DNA of 64,000 bases from a virus. Under the pieces are notes generated by a model. The model saw only the letters and a program-made list of their open reading frames with translations. It was not told where the DNA came from and ran no database searches. The translations under genes and the position numbers were made by a program. Numbering within the stretch: position 1 is the first letter of the stretch; the number at the start of each line of letters is the position of its first letter. Below are positions 48,878 to 59,760 of the stretch, piece by piece. The DNA is taken from IMG/VR virus record IMGVR_UViG_3300012942_000045, positions 6,743 to 70,742 of that record. The stretch is one strand, 5' to 3'.

Positions 48878-51800
48878 ATGTCTTGTACAGTACCTTACAT
48901 TAGGTCAGCTTATAGCGGCCATCCTGAGTTAATTGATAGACTTGAGCAGATCAACTCAGATATATGGTCTAGAATAAACCACTCTAAATTATTCAGAGAG
49001 TATGGTAATGAGAGACTTTTCTCCAAACCAGGCACTGAGCAATATAAAAAGCAGATTGCTCTTGTAAGACAAATTAACCAGGATTATAGAGCTCCTAAAT
49101 CTGTTATCTTAAAAGTACCCACAAAATCAGGTTATAACAATAAAGTTGTAGTCTCTTTACACCCTATAGCTCAACAAGTATGGTTTGAGACCGAGGCTTA
49201 TCACAAAATGATGGAGGACATGGCTATAGGTATAACTCCTCAAGGTGATAGTGATACTAACCTTTTAGGTTCTCCAACTAGGGTATATAATGCAAAAGAT
49301 ACATTTTTAAGGGAGAAATACTTCTCAGGAGGTGATAAAACAACTGTACAAGATATATTACAGAAGATATCTGAGAGTTCTCATCCTTTAGCCCCATTAG
49401 CTAAAACTCTTTTGCAGTACAACATAGTTAATCCTGAGGTTGAACTGGTAAGAAAACCCTTTATTACTACTCCTGATCCTGTAGATCCTAAAAAGAGTAT
49501 GTATGCTGCAGGAGTATATCATGCTCATGGTGGGAATATTCAAATAGCTGAGTATGCTGATTTTAAAGGTGAGGGTAGTGAGGTTACCTTATTACATGAG
49601 ATTATACACTCCTTAAGTTATCACTTCCTTAATAGTAATGATCCTATAGCCAAAGACTTTAAAGACCTGTTTGAGAAGGTAAAGGCTAATTATAGTGATC
49701 GTATACAGGATAAATACCACCTTACAAATGTACATGAGTTTATTACTGGTATATTTACTAATGGCTCGTTTGTAAAAGATCTTACCAATCTTCCTCCTGT
49801 AGAGGGAGCTCAGTATAAAAACTTATGGGAACAACTATTAGACTTCTTTAGATCACTATTCAATATTCCTGAGAAGCAGCAAACTTTATTTGATCAGGCA
49901 TTTGCTATAGGCACTCATGTTATTGATGCCAATACCAATATGGATCAAATATTTAAAGAGTTTAGTAATATCCCTAATGAGGCATTCTTTGCTAACCCAA
50001 CTCGCACAGGTTATTCCCAAGAGGCTCCAGAACCTGAGCAAGTAAAAAAACCCGAAGAGATCTCAGACTCCCTTATTACTCGATCTAATAGTATGGAGCT
50101 TAAGGAGGTAGATCATAAAGATGAGGATGGTGTAGTCTCCAAACAACCCAGATATTTTGTACAAGGTAAAGAGATAGCTAAAAGAGTCTCTGACAGTGTT
50201 AAAAAGCTGTATAAGAAGATATTAGGTAATAGGGAGATGGAACCTAATGAGGCTAGAGATGCTATAAATGAGATAGTTAGAGAGAAGGGTTCTCAGGGGC
50301 ATAAGGATTTTCAACATGCTATAACCCTTATGATAGATCCTGCTACTCATAAGTTAGTAACCAAAGAGCAATATAATGAGAATATAAAATCTGATGATAA
50401 GTATACACCTCTTATTGGGGATAACAGAATATATACCCTATTACGAGATAACTTATGGGACAGGTTACATACTTATGATCCAGACTCTATATTCCTCTCC
50501 GAGATAGGTGTGTATAATACCAATAGAGCTGGAAAGAATAGCTCTATAGGTGGTACAATGGATTTGGTTGTGTTAGAGCCAGATCAAACCTTAGGTACTA
50601 AAGTAAATATACTCGATTGGAAGTTTATAAATCTTAATACTGAATATTACAATGATGTACCTTGGTATAAAATCCAGGCATGGAGATTACAGATGGAGAT
50701 CTATAAGCAGATCTTAAAAGAGGCTTATGGAGTTAAGGAGGAGCAATTTGCTCAAACCAGGATGATTCCTATAGTAGCAAAGTATGACAAGGGTTATGAC
50801 CAGAATACGGGTAAATATACTGCACAACTTACTGATATTCATATAGGTGATGTAGACCCTCATAATATCTCTGATGATTACTTATTACCTGTAGTTACTA
50901 AAGGTGAGACTACTGGTGATGCACAAATAGATAAACTATTAGCCAGTCTAAATGCTTTATATGATCAGATCTCCAATCAAAAAGTAGATCCTGAACAAAG
51001 AAGGGAAAAGGCTGATAGGTTAAATAACCTATTTACAGCTATAAGGCATTTACAATTAAAGCAAGACATTACACCTCTCCTACAGGAGGTTAATACTGCT
51101 AATGGTACATTACAGAATCTTATTAGTGAGTACAAAGAGAAATATGATAGTAAGGAGATAATAGATATTCCTGATAAAGATATCTCAGATTTTGTGAATA
51201 GGATTATTACCCTGGATCAAGCCTTAGACTTATTCAGCGAATTAAACTCCTACCTAAAAGGAATAAGGGATAACATAACAGATGAGGATCTCAAAAACCG
51301 TATAGATGAGGGAGTATTATCATCTCAGTACAATAGGAGGAATCTGGATGAGATGTTAAAAAGCTTTGTAGCTAATAATATAGCTGGAAGGTATGGTTAT
51401 CATGATTTACTTTCACCTGAGGCCATAGTAAAAGGGTTACCAAAAATCTTTAATAGTACTGCTACTATACAGATGGAGTCTATGAGAGCTTTGTACTCTA
51501 TCGTAAACAGGATTAAAAATCAAGCAGATAAAGAGGCTGATGAACAAATTGAGAAGGTAAAACCTATATTCAAGGCTTATGAGGATTGGGCTACTAAAAA
51601 AGGTCTCTCCAAAAAAGACTATTTCTCCAGTATAAAAGCTAAAGGAGAGAATAAACTACTCAGCCAATATAAGAAGGAGTTCTATAATACTCTTAAAAGT
51701 AAGATTGCAGCGGGTGATACTAAATGGGTCAGGGAAAATATTGATACCTCAGCTTATAAAACATACTTGGAGGAGGAACTTAAAAAAGAGATTGAGGCCC

Positions 51801-54067
51801 TTAAAGTCTCACCTAAGTATGGATTAAATGCAGATGGTACACCTGAGGACAATAGTGAGAGAGAGGAGGCTATAATAGCTACTAAGAAGAGGATGAATTT
51901 TAATAATCCTGACTCCTTTGCCTGGAGGGATGTAAAATCCCTTAGACAATTCCCCCTCTCAAAATGGGAAAGTGATGAGTACAAGGAGCTCATGAAACCC
52001 TCTAATAGCCCTGCTAGAGCTTTATATGAGTATATAAGAGAGAGAAATCTGTATTATGCCTCTATCGGGTATATCTCAAAAGCTGAGGCTAGAACCTTCT
52101 TACCTTATATAAGATCTGGTATAGTAGAGAGAATAATGGCCGGTAATAAAGTCAGCCTTACCAGGGAGTTTTTAAACTCTATCTCTATAGATGAGACAAC
52201 TGTAGGTTATGGTAAAGTAGATCCTCTTACAGGTGAGATACTTAGAGAGATACCTACTTATTTTACTCATGCTCTACCCCAGGGTGAGGAGTCAAATGAT
52301 GTGTTCTCTAACCTTATTTTATTAGATCATTCGGCTATTCGTTATAAAATGCTTAGTGATGCAGAGGGACAAGTTAAAGGTTTACTTAGGGTTGAGGCTG
52401 CAAAGAATCACCTTAATAGCAGAGGTGAGGAGGAGGCTGGAAATGATAATGCTAAACTACTTAAAGCCCATGCTGATGCTCTTATATATGGTAAGGCATA
52501 TGTTGATGCCGATGCTTTAGGAGGTACCTTAAAAACAGCCACCAAAGTATTTGAGAAGATTAATAAGTTCCTGGGCTTCAAGATGTACCCTACAGATATT
52601 AATCCTGAGAGGAGAATCTCAGCTGTAAGGAGTGTAGATGCTATAACCAAGTTCTTCTACATGCAGCAGTTAAACAACCTTAATATAGTATCTCCTCTCT
52701 CTAACTTATTTGGTGGTTCACTACAGACCTTTATTAATGCGGGAGATTTATTCTCTGGTGCAGATTATGCCAGGAACTTTGGTTCCTTAGGTATGGCAAT
52801 GATGAATTTTGGTGAGAAAGCCAAAATGCGCAGATTAGCCGCTGATTACTTTATGTTTACCACTGAGAGTACTCATAAGATAAAAGCTGCACAACTCTCT
52901 TACTCCAAGTTAAACCCTCATAACATGCAGGAGTGGACTGGTGGGCTTATAGGTAAATCTGATAGGTATGTACAAATTACTACTGGCTTATCCTTGTTAG
53001 ATAATACTATAGTAATGAATGGTAAATTAATGAATGTCAATGATTATGTGCATTCTCAGAAGTGGTATAGAGAGAGATATAATAATCCCAGTACTATAAA
53101 AGAGGTAGAGAGGAGAGCTATAAAAGAAATAGCCTCTTTAAAGAACTCTAATAGCGTGTGGGATAACATGGAGATTATAAATGATAAACTCTCCATAAAA
53201 GGTGTTGAGAGAGGTGATAGCTCAGTACAGGAAATTAGGAGATTAGCAATGGCTATATCTCAAAGAGCCTTGGGCAATATCTCTGAGGACCAAACCAGAT
53301 TAAGCTCTATTATACCTGTAGTAAAAGGAATGATGGTATTTAAAAACTGGATACCAGGTATAGTTGAGGCCAGAACTGGTGCTTTAAAATATAATGCTGC
53401 CTCCCAGGCTTATGAATGGGGAAGATTACAAACTTGGTGGAAATTTGGAGGCACTCACTTCTTTACCAGATTAACCTCCCTTATTGATGCTCTTAATACA
53501 ACTCCTAAAAGTATAGAACAGATGAGGGAACTTTATGAGAAGCAAAGAGATACTTACAGGAAAAAGTATGGTAAGGAGCTTAATCTTACCTTCCAGGAAT
53601 TTGCAGATCTTACTCGTTCTAATCTAAGAGCTCAGGCTAAGGATTTCTTAGCTGTCTCAATGGCTGTATCCCTACTTATCTTGGCTAAGGCTATAGCTCC
53701 AGATGATGATGATGAGGATCCTAGAATAAAGGCTTATCATAATTTTATATTACGTACTCTGGATAAGCTACAGGATGAGGCTACCTTCTACTATAATCCT
53801 GTAGAGTTTGAGCAAATTGTAGCTGGTAAAGTATTTCCTGCGGCCTCTACCCTTACTGATGGATTTAAAGCTATGCAATCCTTTATGGAGGAGATGTATG
53901 GATTAACCTTCCAAAATAATAAGATGGTTGAGAGTGCTAAACCTACTAAGTACATAATGAGATTATTCCCCTTTGCCAAGCAAATGACTGATATGCTACC
54001 CTTATTTGCTCCCTCAGCAGCTAAGGAGTGGGGAGTAAGAATAAATCCTACCCATAATATTGAGTAA
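48878..54067 (+). CDS. polyvalent ejection protein with zincin (HEIIH) and PD-(D/E)xK nuclease domains
   Basis: LLHEIIH..HEFITG at about 49589-49750; GTMDLVV..ILDWK..QMEIYKQIL at about 50550-50720; helical C-terminus with a hydrophobic segment. Confidence 0.8.
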   Translation: MSCTVPYIRSAYSGHPELIDRLEQINSDIWSRINHSKLFREYGNERLFSKPGTEQYKKQIALVRQINQDYRAPKSVILKVPTKSGYNNKVVVSLHPIAQQVWFETEAYHKMMEDMAIGITPQGDSDTNLLGSPTRVYNAKDTFLREKYFSGGDKTTVQDILQKISESSHPLAPLAKTLLQYNIVNPEVELVRKPFITTPDPVDPKKSMYAAGVYHAHGGNIQIAEYADFKGEGSEVTLLHEIIHSLSYHFLNSNDPIAKDFKDLFEKVKANYSDRIQDKYHLTNVHEFITGIFTNGSFVKDLTNLPPVEGAQYKNLWEQLLDFFRSLFNIPEKQQTLFDQAFAIGTHVIDANTNMDQIFKEFSNIPNEAFFANPTRTGYSQEAPEPEQVKKPEEISDSLITRSNSMELKEVDHKDEDGVVSKQPRYFVQGKEIAKRVSDSVKKLYKKILGNREMEPNEARDAINEIVREKGSQGHKDFQHAITLMIDPATHKLVTKEQYNENIKSDDKYTPLIGDNRIYTLLRDNLWDRLHTYDPDSIFLSEIGVYNTNRAGKNSSIGGTMDLVVLEPDQTLGTKVNILDWKFINLNTEYYNDVPWYKIQAWRLQMEIYKQILKEAYGVKEEQFAQTRMIPIVAKYDKGYDQNTGKYTAQLTDIHIGDVDPHNISDDYLLPVVTKGETTGDAQIDKLLASLNALYDQISNQKVDPEQRREKADRLNNLFTAIRHLQLKQDITPLLQEVNTANGTLQNLISEYKEKYDSKEIIDIPDKDISDFVNRIITLDQALDLFSELNSYLKGIRDNITDEDLKNRIDEGVLSSQYNRRNLDEMLKSFVANNIAGRYGYHDLLSPEAIVKGLPKIFNSTATIQMESMRALYSIVNRIKNQADKEADEQIEKVKPIFKAYEDWATKKGLSKKDYFSSIKAKGENKLLSQYKKEFYNTLKSKIAAGDTKWVRENIDTSAYKTYLEEELKKEIEALKVSPKYGLNADGTPEDNSEREEAIIATKKRMNFNNPDSFAWRDVKSLRQFPLSKWESDEYKELMKPSNSPARALYEYIRERNLYYASIGYISKAEARTFLPYIRSGIVERIMAGNKVSLTREFLNSISIDETTVGYGKVDPLTGEILREIPTYFTHALPQGEESNDVFSNLILLDHSAIRYKMLSDAEGQVKGLLRVEAAKNHLNSRGEEEAGNDNAKLLKAHADALIYGKAYVDADALGGTLKTATKVFEKINKFLGFKMYPTDINPERRISAVRSVDAITKFFYMQQLNNLNIVSPLSNLFGGSLQTFINAGDLFSGADYARNFGSLGMAMMNFGEKAKMRRLAADYFMFTTESTHKIKAAQLSYSKLNPHNMQEWTGGLIGKSDRYVQITTGLSLLDNTIVMNGKLMNVNDYVHSQKWYRERYNNPSTIKEVERRAIKEIASLKNSNSVWDNMEIINDKLSIKGVERGDSSVQEIRRLAMAISQRALGNISEDQTRLSSIIPVVKGMMVFKNWIPGIVEARTGALKYNAASQAYEWGRLQTWWKFGGTHFFTRLTSLIDALNTTPKSIEQMRELYEKQRDTYRKKYGKELNLTFQEFADLTRSNLRAQAKDFLAVSMAVSLLILAKAIAPDDDDEDPRIKAYHNFILRTLDKLQDEATFYYNPVEFEQIVAGKVFPAASTLTDGFKAMQSFMEEMYGLTFQNNKMVESAKPTKYIMRLFPFAKQMTDMLPLFAPSAAKEWGVRINPTHNIE

Positions 54068-54144
54068 GATATGACTTATATAAAGCTATAGTATACCCCT
54101 CCTATGTAATGTCCTATCTTCTAACCCCTTAAAAATAAGTACTT

Positions 54145-54798
54145 TTGGGCTACCTTATTATATCTTATACTATCCCTGCTGGGGAGAGATTGCGTGTAGG
54201 ATTTAAACCCTTACACTCTACAGGTGACTTTAGTTATTTATCCAGGTATTTATACCCTACCGAGAGTCCTTACTCCTTACAAGTACCAGATGGATCTTAT
54301 CTTATAGAGGTTACAGCAGTTAAAAATGAATGTGGTGGTTTATGTGGTGATCCTCAGACTTATCCAGCTATAACACAGCCTAATCCTACTACTACAACAA
54401 CATCAACCACAACAACTAGTACAAGCTCTACTACATCAACTACCTCTACAAGTACAACTACTACAACTATAGTACCCTCAGAGGTTAAATGGGATATATT
54501 TAGTAATGATCCTGGTGATCCTAGTGAGGTTACTTTAACCAGAACAATTACTATAACTCCTGGTGAGAATTATACTGTACCTACAAGTACAACCTCAGGG
54601 CTTTATTATTATGTAGTAAAGGAATCAGCTTTAGAGCCAGTAAAGAACAAGTATTACAATACAGATATAAACCAAGGTGATATACCAGATCAGGTATGGC
54701 TTATCCCTTATCTCTCAGGATTATATAGGTATTATGTAACCAATGGTTTAGCCTCTTTTAATGAAAGTGCAGATACTCAGTTAATTCATGCCGTATAA
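54145..54798 (+). CDS. two-domain virion protein with a central Thr/Ser linker (TTG start)
   Basis: The N-terminal domain is paralogous to the 18260 ORF, followed by a 27-residue pure Thr/Ser tract. Confidence 0.7.
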   Translation: MGYLIISYTIPAGERLRVGFKPLHSTGDFSYLSRYLYPTESPYSLQVPDGSYLIEVTAVKNECGGLCGDPQTYPAITQPNPTTTTTSTTTTSTSSTTSTTSTSTTTTTIVPSEVKWDIFSNDPGDPSEVTLTRTITITPGENYTVPTSTTSGLYYYVVKESALEPVKNKYYNTDINQGDIPDQVWLIPYLSGLYRYYVTNGLASFNESADTQLIHAV

Positions 54799-55492
54799 TC
54801 CCTCACTACATAGTACAGTAGGTAAATCTACTGGTTTATATGGGTCAAGGACTGCTGATGCCAGGAGCTATTATTATGATGAGGGTACATATACTTATAG
54901 GCCTTATACCTCTACAGCTGAGGTTTTATCTTATTTAACTCCTACCTCACTTAGACAAGGGCATTTCCTAATATTTGTTACTGTAGGAACTACAGTTGTT
55001 ACCTATTGGTTTAGGGATGGTATAGCTGATACAGATCTTATATTATTTGATGAGGTCTTAGAGAGTGGTTCATTTGCAGCTAACCTGGACTTATCCTTAC
55101 TAACTAATCTAGGTAACACTATAAATGTAACTGGATTAGGTGATCTATTAGGTAGTGTTATTAAGGAGGCTACTTATGATGAGGATAGTACTACACTAAC
55201 CTTTACACACTGGGATGGTACCACAACCTCAATCAATCTTAAGCTTAAACAGCGTAGACAGAAAATATCCTGGTATCCTACTGGTGATAAGGATGGTATA
55301 AATCAAATATTTAGTGTGGGAGAGGCTTATGAGCCCTCCAAAACTGAGGTACTTATCAATGGTATCTTACAACAATACGGGGATAATTATATCGAGTTAG
55401 ATAATGGTGTAAATGGTCAAGTACAGATATTTACCCCTCCAGCCTCCGATGATTATCCTGTAATCAAATACTACCCTATTAACTTCTCTTAA
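54788..55492 (+). CDS. fibre-associated adaptor protein
   Basis: The C-terminal GDKDGINQIF..EVLINGILQ..G.NY domain resembles the C-terminus of the next gene. Confidence 0.6.
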   Translation: MPYNPSLHSTVGKSTGLYGSRTADARSYYYDEGTYTYRPYTSTAEVLSYLTPTSLRQGHFLIFVTVGTTVVTYWFRDGIADTDLILFDEVLESGSFAANLDLSLLTNLGNTINVTGLGDLLGSVIKEATYDEDSTTLTFTHWDGTTTSINLKLKQRRQKISWYPTGDKDGINQIFSVGEAYEPSKTEVLINGILQQYGDNYIELDNGVNGQVQIFTPPASDDYPVIKYYPINFS

Positions 55493-58400
55493 TGGCAGAT
55501 GTTTTAATAAAGAAAAGGCAAATTGAGCCTTTAGATATAACCGACAGTGATATAGATGCTGCTGCTAATATAGCAACTAGCAAACTCGCTGATGGTTCCT
55601 TATTTATTAAATCTGATGGTACTGTAGAGTACACTGCCTCCCAGTCAATGGGACTTAATAAATTAACTGATCTTGCTGCACCCACGAACCCCAATGATGC
55701 AGTAAGATTAACTGATTTACAGAATGCTGCTAGTGGTATAGATATACATGATCCTGTAGTAACTACCTCAGTAAGTAATATTACACTCTCTGGTTTACAA
55801 ACTATTGAGGGTGTTACAGTTGCGGCTGGTGATAGGGTATTGGTACAAGGTCAGACTGATCCAAAAGCTAATGGCATATATTTAGCCAATAGCTCTACTT
55901 GGACAAGGGCAAGTGATGCAGATGAGACTGGAGAACTTAAAAATGGTACTAAAGTACTGGTACAGCAAGGAGATCATGCTGGCTCAACTTATATCTGTAC
56001 TGGTATAAATCCTATTACTATAGGAACCAGTGACATCCCTTGGGTACAAGATAGTCAGTCAATTCTTTATAGTGCAGGTTCTGGTCTTACTCTTACAGGT
56101 ACAACCTTTGCTGTGGGCACTGTCTCCTCCAGTAGAATAAAGGTTAATGCCACTAATATTGATCTTGCTACTACAGGTGTAACAGCTGGTACCTATTTTA
56201 AAGTTACTACCGATGCTTATGGTAGAGTAACTGCTGGTGATAATCCTACTACAGTAAGTGGATTTGGCATAACTGATGTATATACCCAAACCCAGATAGG
56301 TAACTATTTTAATGGGACTACCTCTATGACGGGGTATAACAAAACTAATTGGGACAATGCCTCCAATGCTCAAATTACTGGAGTTACTTTTAATACAGCT
56401 ACAGGTGTACTTACACTCTCTACCAAGGATACGACTAATTTTACCCAATCCCTAGATGGTAGGTATTCTCTTTTAGGTCATACACATGCCCTCAGTGATT
56501 TAACTGATACAACTATAACCACACCCGCAACTGGAAATCTGTTACAATATAATGGTACTAAATGGGTAAACTGGGCTCCTACATATATCTCAGGTAACCA
56601 GACTATAAACTTTGCTGCTAGTGGAGATGTAACTGGATCTACCTCGGGAACTACCTCATTAGCTCCTACATTAACTATAGGTGCTAAAAAGGTTACTTAT
56701 GCTAAGATCCAGGACATATCTTCTCAATCTCTTTTAGGGAGATATGCAAGTACTGATGGACAAACCCAGGAGATTACTTTAGGTACAGGATTATCCTTAT
56801 CGAATACTACTGGTGTATTAAGTGCTACAGGTACAGGTGGTACAGTAACCTCTATAGCAGCAGGGAATGGTATGTCATTCTCTACAATTACCTCTACAGG
56901 TACTATTACTTTAGGTACACCCTCGGCCATAACTTTATCCTCCTCTAATAGTGTAACCTCTACCAGCCATACTCATGCTTTTGTACCTGGAGGAACTACT
57001 AGCCAATATATTGATGGTACAGGTGCATTACAGGATTTTGGTGCCTCAGCTGGTGTTAATAATGGTACTTTAACCCTGGCTACATCAGGTATAGCAACTG
57101 GCTCAGCTACATTCTCAGCCAACCAATCTACAGCTGCAACATTTACTGTTAATGTACCCGCAACAAATCTATCACTTACTGGTACAACCGGAGCTCTTAC
57201 TATAACCTCCTCGACAGGTACAAGTGCTATTATACCTTTAGCAACTACCTCGGCCTCAGGTTTACTCTCGCCTAGTGATAAAACTAAGCTAGATAGTTTA
57301 ACCTCAGGTGCCTCTGTCTCCTCAGTAGGTTTAACTGTACCCTCCATCCTCTCTGTATCTGGTTCACCTATAACTACTACAGGAACTTTTGCTGTTACTC
57401 TTGCTACCCAAGCACCTAATACAGTATTTGCAGGTCCAGCTACAGGCTCAACTAATACTGCTCCTACATTTAGAGCTTTAACCTCAGCTGATATACCTGT
57501 ACTGGATACCTCCAAGATTACTACAGGTACATTCAGCACAGCTAGATTAGGAAGTGGTACAGCAAGCTCAAGCACTTACCTTACTGGTACTGGTTGGGTT
57601 AGTATACCCTCTATACCACAAGGCACTGTTACTAGTGTTGCAATGTCAGTTCCTACTGGCTTTGCTGTAACAGGATCTCCCATTACCTCAAGTGGTACAT
57701 TAGTATTAAGTTTTGCTAGTGGTTACTCCCTGCCTACTACGGCTAATCAGACTATATGGACAAATAAGCAAAATCAACTTAATGGTACTGGCTTTGTAAA
57801 AGTATCGGGCACTACTGTCTCTTATGATAACAGTACTTATTTAACTGCTGAGAGTGATACATTACAAAGTGTAACAAATAGAGGAAATACTACATCTAAA
57901 AGTATAGTTGCTGGAGCCACAACATCTGCAACCACAACTATCGGATCTGGACTTGGTACTACTATAGATGTTGGTACTATAACTGGATCTTGGACTAGGG
58001 GTATTCAGGTGCAGAGAGATAATTCAGACTCATCTAAAAAGATTGGAATAGCCTTAGGAGCTTATGGTGCATCTGATGGGAGTGTTGCATATGCATATCT
58101 TGGTATAGATAATACAGATGCTTCATCTCTCTATAGTACTTTAAATTCCCTCAGACTCTACTCTGATGGTTCACTATATTATGGTACTCCTCCTGCTAAT
58201 AGCTCAGTTGCTACTAAGTTTTTAGGCTTATCCTCAGATGGACATACTATAAGTACTAGAACAGCTGCACAGGTAGCCTCAGATATAGGTGCTTTAACAA
58301 GTTTTACCGAGACAGACCCAGTTTGGACTGCTGCAAAAAGTGCTGCTACTAGTATTAGTGGTGCTTGGAATTTTACAGGTGGCCTAAATGTTGGCCAAAA

Positions 58401-59760
58401 TGTAGCTAATGGTGGTGGCTTAACAATACATGCTCCAGGGAGTTATACTACATTTGTAGGAGGTGCATTTGGTCATACTGCTGCCTCAATGCTAACCTCT
58501 AATGCCTCTCCCACTTATAATTCTGATTTATGGACACAAGCCTACACCCCTGTTCCCTCCTCATTATTAGAATTAAACCAAGCTGGATATTTAAAAATAT
58601 ATACAGCTGCTGCTGGTAAAACAGCAGACACATTTACAAATTTCTGGGGAACAGGAAAAGTTGTAGCTACACAAGATTGGGTAACTACACAAATTCCTAG
58701 TACACCAACATTAGAACAAGTTACTACCCAGGGAGGGACTACTGATAAGACTATATCTCTGACTAATACAGGAATAGGATTGATAATTAGTGGTGGTACT
58801 GCAGTTCCAAATGCTGTGCAGTTTACCTCTGCTGGTGGGAACGGTACTGGTGGATATATACAAGGTAGTGCTGTAAGTACTCCCGGCTATGGTATATTTA
58901 CAAACTCCAATGCTTATTTTGATGGTACTAATTGGATACAGCCTAGAGGTACTAGCGTAGGATCTCATACTTTTGGAGTAACTCACCATCATGATTTTAC
59001 CTGGCAGTATGCTGCCCCTAACGGTACAAATGGTGCTACCATAACTCCTGTTGAGATTATGAATCTTAATAGTGCCGGGGCACTTACTGTAGGTGCAATT
59101 GGTTCATACAATGTAGCAGCTATAGGATCATCCCCAGCACAAATGTATACTATGTTTACTGGAGGTTCAGCTAGTACAAACAGAAAGTGGTCGTGGGGAT
59201 TATTAGGTAGTGAGTCTGGGTCTAATGCTGGAGCTAATCTTCAATTATATGCCTATGGGGATACAGGATCTGTTATTTTAAACCCCTTATCAATTACTAG
59301 GTCTACAGGGGCAGTAACTTTCTCAGCCTCCATCACAGCTGGTAGTATAATAAGATATGGTGGAGCATCCTCACAATTTTTAAAAGCAGATGGTTCAGTA
59401 GATAGTAGTACCTACCTAACTTCTGTACCTACAGCCTCATCTACAGTATTGGGAGGTATAAAAGTAGGTTCTGGCCTCTCTATAGCCTCCGGTGTACTCT
59501 CAGTTAGTGTAACTGGAGCTGAGGATTGGGTATGTAATGAGGTACTTTCGGGTACAGTAAATGGTACTAACAAAATATTTACGCTAGCAAATACACCTAT
59601 TACAGGTACTGTAACTATATTCTTAAATGGTGTGGCATTATTACCCGGTGCTGGGAATGGTTATACAATCTCAGGTCAAACTGTAACTACTACTATAGCA
59701 CCAGTTATTGGTGAGGATGGGACAGCTGATGTTATTACTGGTCAATACTTTAAAAGCTAA
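55492..59760 (+). CDS. long tail fibre protein
   Basis: Gly/Thr/Ser-rich 1422 aa built of recognisable fibre modules (APTNPNDA, TLSGLQTIEG..GDRVLV..NGIY, VTTDAYGRVT, LLQYNGTKWVN, GSPITxxGT twice, LGGIKVG). Confidence 0.85.
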   Translation: MADVLIKKRQIEPLDITDSDIDAAANIATSKLADGSLFIKSDGTVEYTASQSMGLNKLTDLAAPTNPNDAVRLTDLQNAASGIDIHDPVVTTSVSNITLSGLQTIEGVTVAAGDRVLVQGQTDPKANGIYLANSSTWTRASDADETGELKNGTKVLVQQGDHAGSTYICTGINPITIGTSDIPWVQDSQSILYSAGSGLTLTGTTFAVGTVSSSRIKVNATNIDLATTGVTAGTYFKVTTDAYGRVTAGDNPTTVSGFGITDVYTQTQIGNYFNGTTSMTGYNKTNWDNASNAQITGVTFNTATGVLTLSTKDTTNFTQSLDGRYSLLGHTHALSDLTDTTITTPATGNLLQYNGTKWVNWAPTYISGNQTINFAASGDVTGSTSGTTSLAPTLTIGAKKVTYAKIQDISSQSLLGRYASTDGQTQEITLGTGLSLSNTTGVLSATGTGGTVTSIAAGNGMSFSTITSTGTITLGTPSAITLSSSNSVTSTSHTHAFVPGGTTSQYIDGTGALQDFGASAGVNNGTLTLATSGIATGSATFSANQSTAATFTVNVPATNLSLTGTTGALTITSSTGTSAIIPLATTSASGLLSPSDKTKLDSLTSGASVSSVGLTVPSILSVSGSPITTTGTFAVTLATQAPNTVFAGPATGSTNTAPTFRALTSADIPVLDTSKITTGTFSTARLGSGTASSSTYLTGTGWVSIPSIPQGTVTSVAMSVPTGFAVTGSPITSSGTLVLSFASGYSLPTTANQTIWTNKQNQLNGTGFVKVSGTTVSYDNSTYLTAESDTLQSVTNRGNTTSKSIVAGATTSATTTIGSGLGTTIDVGTITGSWTRGIQVQRDNSDSSKKIGIALGAYGASDGSVAYAYLGIDNTDASSLYSTLNSLRLYSDGSLYYGTPPANSSVATKFLGLSSDGHTISTRTAAQVASDIGALTSFTETDPVWTAAKSAATSISGAWNFTGGLNVGQNVANGGGLTIHAPGSYTTFVGGAFGHTAASMLTSNASPTYNSDLWTQAYTPVPSSLLELNQAGYLKIYTAAAGKTADTFTNFWGTGKVVATQDWVTTQIPSTPTLEQVTTQGGTTDKTISLTNTGIGLIISGGTAVPNAVQFTSAGGNGTGGYIQGSAVSTPGYGIFTNSNAYFDGTNWIQPRGTSVGSHTFGVTHHHDFTWQYAAPNGTNGATITPVEIMNLNSAGALTVGAIGSYNVAAIGSSPAQMYTMFTGGSASTNRKWSWGLLGSESGSNAGANLQLYAYGDTGSVILNPLSITRSTGAVTFSASITAGSIIRYGGASSQFLKADGSVDSSTYLTSVPTASSTVLGGIKVGSGLSIASGVLSVSVTGAEDWVCNEVLSGTVNGTNKIFTLANTPITGTVTIFLNGVALLPGAGNGYTISGQTVTTTIAPVIGEDGTADVITGQYFKS

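Noticed and set aside
54140-54147. TACTTTTG as a -7 promoter box
   Set aside because: It overlaps the TTG start codon supported by paralogy with the 18260 gene, and there is no -33 box.
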